Source: Bacteroidia bacterium (GTDB lineage Bacteria > Bacteroidota > Bacteroidia > Chitinophagales > Chitinophagaceae). From it: 64,000 bases of DNA. A program made the translations under genes and the position numbers. Below are positions 56,763 through 64,000 of the stretch, piece by piece (the first letter of the stretch is position 1; each line of letters opens with the position of its first letter). The notes beneath the pieces were generated by a model. That model saw nothing but the letters and a program-made list of their open reading frames with translations. It ran no database searches and was not told the DNA's origin. The DNA lies in the NCBI GenBank assembly GCA_030427635.1, contig JAUIBA010000017.1:231-64230 (forward strand). Direction: 5' to 3'.

Positions 56763-56791
56763 AAAAAAGGTCACCATTGTGTGACCTTTTT
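56763..56791. terminator. Terminator after the TPR gene
   Basis: AAAAAAGGTCAC-CATT-GTGTGACCTTTTT. Confidence 0.7.
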
Positions 56792-56905
56792 ATATGCCTG
56801 TAGCAGCCATACGGGGAACCAATAACCTGCACATAACAAGAAGAGGCATATATTTTATCCTTCATTTTGCGAAATTTGCTGCTGAAACAACCATATTGAA
56901 TATCC

Positions 56906-57085
56906 GTGGGTGAATTACTTTCTGTTCTGTTTATTGGTACTGTAATGCTTGCATCAGGACTTATAGTAGCTTTTACTACACAGGAAAAAGGACGCAAACT
57001 AGGCGTATTCCTGATACTGGGAGGACTGTTCATATATCTGGTATGTTTCCTGTTTTTCCCTAATAACGACAACTACAGGATATGA
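56906..57085 (+). CDS. 59-aa two-TM small membrane protein (missed by the ORF track)
   Basis: GTG start, (M)GELLSVLFIGTVMLASGLIVAFTTQEKGRKLGVFLILGGLFIYLVCFLFFPNNDNYRI*. ATGA overlap with the next gene. Confidence 0.65.
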   Translation: MGELLSVLFIGTVMLASGLIVAFTTQEKGRKLGVFLILGGLFIYLVCFLFFPNNDNYRI

Positions 57086-57507
57086 GCAGAGTTTTCGCAT
57101 TTGCCCTACTGTTATTATGCTCCCTGCCAGCTATGGCGCAGACAAGTGATGAAGCTGCCATCAGGAAGATGCTGTCGGCACAGGTATCGGCATGGAACAG
57201 TGGTAATGTAGAAGGCTATATGAAGGGCTACTGGGAAAGTGACAGCCTGCTGTTCATAGGCTCCAAGGGCCCTACATGGGGTTATGCAGGCACACTGGCA
57301 CGCTATAAAAAAGCCTATCCTGACAAGGAGCATACGGGTACCCTTACATCTACTGTTCTGAGCCTTAAGAGATTGTCTCCAGACTATTATTTTGCGGTAG
57401 GAAAGTGGGCGCTATCCCGGCAGGCAGGCGATGTGAGCGGCTCATGGACACTCCTGATACGTAAGATAAAAGGACAGTGGGTGATTGTGTGCGACCACAG
57501 TAGCTAG
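57082..57507 (+). CDS. DUF4440/SnoaL-like (NTF2-fold) exported protein
   Basis: Signal peptide, AWNSGNVEGYMKGYW and WVIVCDHSS. Confidence 0.88.
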   Translation: MSRVFAFALLLLCSLPAMAQTSDEAAIRKMLSAQVSAWNSGNVEGYMKGYWESDSLLFIGSKGPTWGYAGTLARYKKAYPDKEHTGTLTSTVLSLKRLSPDYYFAVGKWALSRQAGDVSGSWTLLIRKIKGQWVIVCDHSS

Positions 57508-57515
57508 AGGGCACA

Positions 57516-58100
57516 TTATGCCCCCTGTTTACGCAGGTATTTGGTGAGTATTACTATCGTTTGCCCCTCTATTTTGCCCTCTATCTGCTCTTTGTTGTCC
57601 TCTACCAGCCTTATGTTCTTTACTACAGTACCCAGTCTGGCATTAAGGGTAGTACCCTTTACATCCAGCGACTTTGTCAACACCACAGTATCACCGTTCT
57701 CCAGTACAGCCCCATTACAGTCGCGGTGCAGCTCTACGGTTCCGTCATTCTCATGATCACCTGACATTTTAGCCCAGGCAAGGCGGTCATCGTCCAAATA
57801 CATGATATCCAGACTATCGGCAGCCCAGCTCTCATGACGCAAACGATTCAACATACGCCATGAAGCTACCTGAACCGCAGGTACTTCGCTCCACATGCTG
57901 GAGCTCAGACACTGCCAGTGTACACTGTCCGGCTCTTCTTTCTTCTCTATCTGCCGCTGACACTTTTCACATATCACTATCCGGTTATCTTCGCGGCTGT
58001 CGGCTGGTATCTGTATTTCATATACATTCAGATCTCCTGTTGCTGTACAGAGTTCGCAGGCATTTCCGCATCTTTCGGTGAGTTGTTTATCCGGCTTCAT
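57516..58100 (-). CDS. PhnA/YjdM-family zinc-ribbon protein
   Basis: CELC...CEKC, DCNGAVLENGDTVVLTKSLDVKG and GTVVKNIRL motifs. Confidence 0.9.
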   Translation of the reverse strand: MKPDKQLTERCGNACELCTATGDLNVYEIQIPADSREDNRIVICEKCQRQIEKKEEPDSVHWQCLSSSMWSEVPAVQVASWRMLNRLRHESWAADSLDIMYLDDDRLAWAKMSGDHENDGTVELHRDCNGAVLENGDTVVLTKSLDVKGTTLNARLGTVVKNIRLVEDNKEQIEGKIEGQTIVILTKYLRKQGA

Positions 58101-58188
58101 GACAATCTAATCTATGTTTAAAAGGAGCGCAAAATTAGCATTTTCTTCCCCTCTGTGGCATGACCAAAATCATTGGTTATATGCCATA

Positions 58189-58223
58189 AAACAGAAGCCG
58201 CTCCTGTATGGAGCGGCTTCCTG
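58189..58223 (-). terminator. Terminator after the T9SS repeat gene
   Basis: GAAGCCGCTCC-TGTAT-GGAGCGGCTTC with an adjacent A-run. Confidence 0.75.
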
Positions 58224-58242
58224 ACCTTATATATTGTAGCGC

Positions 58243-59877
58243 CTATTGCGTAAGCTGCACTTTATGTACCGATGCATTACCATACTCATCGCGCACGGTT
58301 ACGGCATAGTTGCCGGCTGGCAGGCGGGACATATCGGTATTGTGACGGCTGCTGCCATGCACCATTTCGGTAATCATTACCTGCCCTATCATGTTTGTAA
58401 CGGTTATCTGCGCCGTTACGTTCTGTCCCCAGTCCAGTGTTATCATACCTTTTGTAGGGTTAGGATATATATTAACCCTGCTGCCATTCACATCGCTCAC
58501 CTTCAGCAGCGATACAAATATCACATTAGAGAACTCAGAAGGACAGTTGCCGGTATCGCGGCGGGCGGTATAATAACCTATGCCTGCGGGATGATATATC
58601 TGGCCATTTGCACCTGGTATTACCACACCATTGAAGTACCATATGTAAGTACCGGCAGTATTAGCTACCAGTTCATCATCTATCAGCGATATCAATGGCG
58701 CTACAGGTGTACTGTCACGTACCATAAGTACGGCAGCAGTAGTCACAGAATCGTTCACATAACAGCCACCATCTGTAGTACGCAGGCGGAATGAAAGCAG
58801 GTCACCATTGCGATATGTATGTGTAAATGAAGCTGTTCCGGATGCGTTTACAGTATCGTTAATTAACCACAGCAGGTCCGGCGCTACACCACCGTCGCTC
58901 CATGTAGCTGTAAATGTCACTGCTGAGTCTATACAACCGGGATTAGCACCATTTGTCATAGATACAGAAACCATAGGCAATACATTAGGCAGCACGGTCA
59001 TAGTTACTGCTGTAGAAATGGTAGTATCGTTTATGACACAATCGTCAGGTGCTATAAGCATAGCATAAACTATATCGCCATTGTGCAGGGTATCTGTAGC
59101 ATACATAGGGCCAATGGCACCAGGTACCTGTATACCGTTTACAAACCAATATATAGTGGCTCCCATCCCCTCATTGGCAGCTGTAGCTGTAAAGGTATCG
59201 GGAGTACCCACACATATAGGATTATATAGAACGGACATTGCCAGAGTAGCTGTAAGCGAATCATGTATTACCTCTATCCCGTTAGAATATGCGGTATCTG
59301 TAGGTGCGGCACAGGTAGAGTTCGATACCATCATTACCGTAACGGTATCGTCATCATTAAAAATATTGGTATAGGTATTACTTGTTGCCCCTACAACATC
59401 TATCCCGTCTACCCGCCACTGGTAGAGCGGGCTGGGCCCACCATTACCGGGGTAGGCCGTAAACGTAAGCGGATGTCCCGGACAATCAGGGTTGCTACCC
59501 GCAGTGAGCGATAGCAGTACCGTAGGTACTACGGCAGTACTCCGGTAAATCGTGAGCGTATTGGACTGGAAGCTGTCGGCAAAACCCAGGCTATTGGTAA
59601 AGAATATCTTACAGTAAACACTATCGCCATTGTTAAGCGCCGTAGTGATGAATGTATCTATAGATATTCCGGTATATACATCATTGGCATACCACCTGAA
59701 AATGGTACCTGTCATGGTATCATTGGTTTCTACGGCTGTAAACGTAAGCTGTGTACCGGGACAGGTAGTATCGCTGCCCCAGGGCAGATAAATGTAAACG
59801 GAATCCTCTGACTGTGCATTGACAAAGCCATGGAATCCAATACATAAGAGCAGCAACAGTAAAGTTTTACGCATCAT
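58243..59877 (-). CDS. T9SS-secreted protein with about four Ig-like repeats
   Basis: Repeated C.G...TFTA...N.G..P...W..NG units and a CTD IYPNPT...GNYAVTV. Confidence 0.88.
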   Translation of the reverse strand: MMRKTLLLLLLCIGFHGFVNAQSEDSVYIYLPWGSDTTCPGTQLTFTAVETNDTMTGTIFRWYANDVYTGISIDTFITTALNNGDSVYCKIFFTNSLGFADSFQSNTLTIYRSTAVVPTVLLSLTAGSNPDCPGHPLTFTAYPGNGGPSPLYQWRVDGIDVVGATSNTYTNIFNDDDTVTVMMVSNSTCAAPTDTAYSNGIEVIHDSLTATLAMSVLYNPICVGTPDTFTATAANEGMGATIYWFVNGIQVPGAIGPMYATDTLHNGDIVYAMLIAPDDCVINDTTISTAVTMTVLPNVLPMVSVSMTNGANPGCIDSAVTFTATWSDGGVAPDLLWLINDTVNASGTASFTHTYRNGDLLSFRLRTTDGGCYVNDSVTTAAVLMVRDSTPVAPLISLIDDELVANTAGTYIWYFNGVVIPGANGQIYHPAGIGYYTARRDTGNCPSEFSNVIFVSLLKVSDVNGSRVNIYPNPTKGMITLDWGQNVTAQITVTNMIGQVMITEMVHGSSRHNTDMSRLPAGNYAVTVRDEYGNASVHKVQLTQ

Positions 59878-60131
59878 ACACGAGTTTTGAAGCTACCTGC
59901 ACGGATACAGGTAGTATTAAGTTCCGTAAAAATAATGTATTCAAATTAAATTGTCCTGAAAGTTTTTACAATGATTAAGACGCATATATGCATGCCTGCG
60001 TGAGTTTACACGGCACCCGGCCTCGTGGTCATTCTATATACCGGATACAGAAATCCCCCGCACGAGGCCGGGAGACATCTGTTACATATTATATATGTAT
60101 ATGACCGCTTTTTCATCAAAGCATCTTCATT

Positions 60132-61028
60132 CTATTGTTTTACAAACCGCGTACGACCCTTGATATGGTTTTCCAAATCCGTCATTTTCATCAAATACAT
60201 ACCTGATGGTAAATCCTGCACCTGAACACGGGTATGACCACCACCCACGCGCTCTGACTTCATGACTTTGCCTGTCACATCCATAACTGTGATTATATAA
60301 TGATGAGCATCTCCCGGCTCTACAGTGATATAATCTGTTGCGGGATTGGGATATACGGCTATTCCCGAAACATGTATGTTATTTATTTCGGTTACGTTGC
60401 CATCCAGTGATATACGGTCCACAGTAAGGGAGGACCCATACCCATCTGCATTACTGGTCATGTAACCATCTACCGACAAATATCGTTTTACTATAGACGG
60501 GTCTAGTATGACCGTAACGGAATCGGGCATATCTATGGAAGAATAGGTTACAGGGCAGGAAAAGGAGGCATCAGTAGTTGTGGCAAAAAGGTGCTGATGT
60601 CCGTAACCTACCGTATCGGCATGCAGGGTTGTGGTATTCCAGCGGGTAAGTATTACCCATACCATAGCTGTATCCGGCTCGGCCAGGCCGCCCATATATG
60701 CTACAGAGTTATCTATATAGCGATAGGTACCATTAAGAGTTGCCGGCCTTGTAGTAACCGGGGCTTTCTGGTGTGCCAGCGACTTAGTGTAGTAATACCA
60801 TACGGATACCCTTAATGAGTAACTGCCTTCTATGGCAGGGCTTACCTGCCAGCAAATACTGGAATTATCGCCATTCAGAGCGAAATTAGAATAGTACATA
60901 TCCCATCCTGATGGCCTGATGTTACTACCCGATGTTTCCCAGGATTCAAATCCGGTATTAACCAGTTGTCCGCTTGCAGCTGACACACACAGCATAGCTG
61001 CTACCATTATCATCATTATTCTTTTCAT
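60132..61028 (-). CDS. T9SS-secreted protein (N.GFE.W jelly-roll/PCMD-like domain plus CTD)
   Basis: Signal peptide, LVNTGFESWE and a CTD VYPNPA...GMYLMKM. The TAGCTTTG promoter at 61056-61063 favours ATG 61028. Confidence 0.85.
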   Translation of the reverse strand: MKRIMMIMVAAMLCVSAASGQLVNTGFESWETSGSNIRPSGWDMYYSNFALNGDNSSICWQVSPAIEGSYSLRVSVWYYYTKSLAHQKAPVTTRPATLNGTYRYIDNSVAYMGGLAEPDTAMVWVILTRWNTTTLHADTVGYGHQHLFATTTDASFSCPVTYSSIDMPDSVTVILDPSIVKRYLSVDGYMTSNADGYGSSLTVDRISLDGNVTEINNIHVSGIAVYPNPATDYITVEPGDAHHYIITVMDVTGKVMKSERVGGGHTRVQVQDLPSGMYLMKMTDLENHIKGRTRFVKQ

Positions 61029-61112
61029 AACTGTAGTTTTAAGTGATGTATGATGCAAAGCTAGCCCGCATTTATTGCCGGAACATGTCAGATATTCGCC
61101 AATACTTGCCAG

Positions 61113-61943
61113 TTATTTACCTCCTGCCTGCCGGTATGCCAGCGGGCTGTATCCCGTTACCGATTTGAAGTATTTTGAGAATGTAGCTGCATCGGGAAAG
61201 TTTAAATCGTAGGCTATCTCTTTTATGGTACGGCTACTATCGTAAAGCAGCCTCTTGGATATACCGGTGAGCTGCTCCTGTATATAGCGCAGTGGTGTTT
61301 TACCAGTATGCTTTTTGTGCAGCTGTATCAGGTGCTTGGGGGTGATATGCAGCAGCCTTGCATAGTCTTCTACTGTGTAATGCTCACTATAGTACTCGCT
61401 TACCAGCCGTCTGAAATCGACCAGGACAGGCGGCAGGCTGCTAACTGTGGCAGTACCACTCTGCTGCTCATATAACCGTAGCAACAGGTGCATCACGGCA
61501 TCCATGATACCTCTGATGATAACATCGGAATAGGGCTGCGGCTCATGAACCTCGGCCTGTAGCTGTGCGGCAAGTGCAGTCAGCGTCATCATACTGTTAC
61601 GGTCCAGCTCAACGGCGGGATGTGTAGTATTAAAAGGCAGGTGCGACAACAGGGTGAACGGAAAATAGTTATCTACAAACAGGATGCTGAAGCCTTTAGA
61701 CCGCTCACTGCGCAGCAACAGATGTACATTATCTGAGGCCACAAAGTGTACGGTACCCCGCCGGGCTTCCAGTGTCATAAAATCTATGTCATGTGTAGCG
61801 GTACCCTGCTCAAATACCAGAATCTCGTAAAAGTGGTGACGGTGCGCCTTTACAGAGTCATAGCTCTCATATGTCCCCCATCGTTGTATATCGAAGGCTA
61901 CAGAGTGGCCTTTACTGTTCTTTAACGGAAACTGCGGGATCAT
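61113..61943 (-). CDS. AraC-family transcriptional regulator
   Basis: Cupin AHRHHFYEI and HTH IKEIAYDLNFPDAATFSKYFKSVTGYSP. Confidence 0.95.
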   Translation of the reverse strand: MIPQFPLKNSKGHSVAFDIQRWGTYESYDSVKAHRHHFYEILVFEQGTATHDIDFMTLEARRGTVHFVASDNVHLLLRSERSKGFSILFVDNYFPFTLLSHLPFNTTHPAVELDRNSMMTLTALAAQLQAEVHEPQPYSDVIIRGIMDAVMHLLLRLYEQQSGTATVSSLPPVLVDFRRLVSEYYSEHYTVEDYARLLHITPKHLIQLHKKHTGKTPLRYIQEQLTGISKRLLYDSSRTIKEIAYDLNFPDAATFSKYFKSVTGYSPLAYRQAGGK

Positions 61944-62179
61944 AGAAGTACAATGCTATCTCCGAAACTACGGAAAATGTAATGATATGAGCCCCCTCAT
62001 TTTCTGATGCTGTATGGGATATGATGCCTGTAGATGCCACACATTGCCGATACATCCCATATTACCGCCTGTAATGCATTAAAACCAATACAACTATATA
62101 GTATTGACTATCAACCGGAGTCACATTAAAAAAGGCCCCTACTTTTCCGTACCTTTGCACCGCATAAAAAAACACTCAG

Positions 62180-63358
62180 ATGAGAGAAGTATATATTGTA
62201 TCGGCTGTACGTACGCCGATGGGTAGCTGGGGCGGATCGCTCAAAGACATACCAGCCACCAAACTGGGAGCTATAGCAATAAAAGGCGCACTGGCAAAAG
62301 CAGGCGTAGATGCAGCTCAGGTAAACGAAGTACTTATGGGTAGTGTACTACAGGCCAACCTGGGCCAGGCACCTGCACGCCAGGCAGCACGCTTTGCCGG
62401 TGTACCTGACAATGTACCCTGTACTACCGTAAACAAAGTATGCGCCAGCGGCATGAAAGCAGTAATGCAGGGTGCACAGGCCATTATGCTGGGTGATGCC
62501 GATGTGGTAGTAGCCGGCGGTATGGAAAGCATGAGCAATGTACCTTTCTACAGCGACACTATGCGCTGGGGCAGCAAGTATGGCAATGTAACTATGATAG
62601 ACGGTCTGGCGAAAGACGGTCTTACCGACGTGTATCACAACTATGCGATGGGCAATGCTGCTGATATGTGCGCCCGCGAGTGCAACATAAGCCGCGAAGC
62701 TCAGGACGAGTTTGCAATAGAAAGCTATAAGCGCAGCCAGGCAGCAGCAAATGCGGGCCTGTTTGACAATGAAATAGTACCTGTAGAGATACCACAGCGT
62801 AAAGGTGACCCCATCCTTTTCTCAAAAGATGAGGAGCCATGGAATGTAAAGTTTGACAAAATACCGGGTCTGCGTCCAGCATTTGTAAAGGATGGCACCG
62901 TGACGGCGGCCAATGCCAGCACTATGAATGATGGCGCTGCGGCACTGGTACTGATGAGCAAAGAAAAGGCAGAAGAGCTGGGCCTGAAACCAATAGCACG
63001 TATAGCAGGCTATGCCGATGCTGAGCAGGCACCAGAGTGGTTTACTACCTCTCCTGCACTGGCAGTGCCTAAGGCTGTACAGAAAGCGGGCCTGAAAATG
63101 GAAGACATTTCTTACTGGGAGCTGAACGAAGCATTCAGTGTAGTAGGCATTGTAAACAGCCAGAAAATGAACCTTGACCCAGCGCGTGTAAACGTAAACG
63201 GCGGCGCGGTATCACTGGGGCACCCACTGGGCTGCAGCGGTGCACGTATTCTTACCACACTCATCAGCGTACTGCACCAGAAAGATGCACGCTATGGCGC
63301 TGCAGGTATCTGCAACGGTGGTGGCGGCGCAAGCGCTGTGGTACTGGAAAAGATGTAA
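62180..63358 (+). CDS. Acetyl-CoA C-acetyltransferase (thiolase)
   Basis: NKVCASGM, ELNEAF, GHPLGCSG and GICNGGGG motifs. TACCTTTG promoter at 62150-62157. Confidence 0.97.
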   Translation: MREVYIVSAVRTPMGSWGGSLKDIPATKLGAIAIKGALAKAGVDAAQVNEVLMGSVLQANLGQAPARQAARFAGVPDNVPCTTVNKVCASGMKAVMQGAQAIMLGDADVVVAGGMESMSNVPFYSDTMRWGSKYGNVTMIDGLAKDGLTDVYHNYAMGNAADMCARECNISREAQDEFAIESYKRSQAAANAGLFDNEIVPVEIPQRKGDPILFSKDEEPWNVKFDKIPGLRPAFVKDGTVTAANASTMNDGAAALVLMSKEKAEELGLKPIARIAGYADAEQAPEWFTTSPALAVPKAVQKAGLKMEDISYWELNEAFSVVGIVNSQKMNLDPARVNVNGGAVSLGHPLGCSGARILTTLISVLHQKDARYGAAGICNGGGGASAVVLEKM

Positions 63359-63381
63359 TAACAAGTAAGTACAAGTCTTAG

Positions 63382-63414
63382 TAAATGGGTGGGGAGCATA
63401 TCCTCACCCATTTC
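63382..63414. terminator. Terminator between convergent genes
   Basis: AAATGGGTG-GGGAGCATATCCT-CACCCATTT. Confidence 0.65.
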
Positions 63415-63425
63415 ATTTGTAGCAA

Positions 63426-63995
63426 CTATGCATCCACAATTATATCGTACCGCGTGAGCAACCCTACGACCTCAGGTATGGAGAAGCGGGCTTTCTTTAT
63501 CCTGTTTTTCTCAGGGTCTATGGTGTAGTGCAATGCACCACGCATATCGGCCTTTTCCAGACCGGTGTTATCGAAGATGGCTCCGGTAAGGTCGCAGCCG
63601 GAAAATGAAGACTGCTGCAAATCGGCATCGGTAAAATCGACTTCATGTATACGGCAGTTACTAAATATGGTTTTGCGCATCTTTACGCCATAGAATACGG
63701 CATTGTCCAGTATGGCGCCGGTGAATGATACTGCCAAACCAAAAGCATCGGCAGTATCGAACCGGAGCCCTAAGAGCCTGCAGTCTGCAAAACGTACATC
63801 CATAAAGCCGGTTTTCACTATCTGAGCCATACTCAAATCGCAGCCTGTAAATGTGCAGCTGATAAAACGGCAACCGGAAAGCTCTGCCCTCATAAAATTG
63901 CAGCCGGTAAATGTACAGTTGTCATACTCAGCCGTAGGGAATGGCTGTGCTGTGAAGTCGGCCCGGTCATATAGCCTGTCGGTGATGGTATCCAT
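63426..63995 (-). CDS. Pentapeptide repeat protein
   Basis: Serial five-residue repeats (CTFTG, CDLSM, ADLQQ, CDLTG, AIFDN). Confidence 0.93.
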   Translation of the reverse strand: MDTITDRLYDRADFTAQPFPTAEYDNCTFTGCNFMRAELSGCRFISCTFTGCDLSMAQIVKTGFMDVRFADCRLLGLRFDTADAFGLAVSFTGAILDNAVFYGVKMRKTIFSNCRIHEVDFTDADLQQSSFSGCDLTGAIFDNTGLEKADMRGALHYTIDPEKNRIKKARFSIPEVVGLLTRYDIIVDA

Positions 63996-64000
63996 AATAA

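Noticed and set aside
56761-57072. 103-aa minus-strand ORF
   Set aside because: It spans a terminator, and the opposite strand encodes a more plausible coupled 59-aa membrane protein.

Overview
This is a Bacteroidota chromosomal segment, probably Chitinophagaceae-like (inferred from TAnnTTTG promoters, four T9SS cargo genes and the tmRNA tag GEYSYAMAA). The first ~10.4 kb is accessory DNA accumulated at the 3' end of the tmRNA gene (ssrA, minus strand, 10379-10744). Most of it is a 9.2 kb element bounded by an exact 18-bp direct repeat (1166-1183 and 10377-10394). Its order is integrase, divergent HTH repressor, excisionase-like gene, primase-helicase, a symmetric 15-iteron origin candidate, and a small accessory module. 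It has no recognisable capsid, terminase or relaxase gene, so it looks like a PICI/PICMI-like non-autonomous satellite. A third, degenerate ssrA 3' copy at 144-168 delimits an older ~1 kb remnant carrying a YozE-domain fusion gene. The remaining ~53 kb is mostly housekeeping (purH, ychF, mazG, ybeY, serC, uvrB, radC, xth, upp, thiolase and others) with secreted and lipoprotein genes. Notable among these are an amidase plus duplicated DUF4878 lipoprotein module, a probably inactive NucA-like nuclease, a PLD-Fn3 T9SS protein and two small ORFs missed by the ORF track. No CRISPR array, rRNA, tRNA or IS element was seen. All family assignments come from motif recognition by eye, not database searches.
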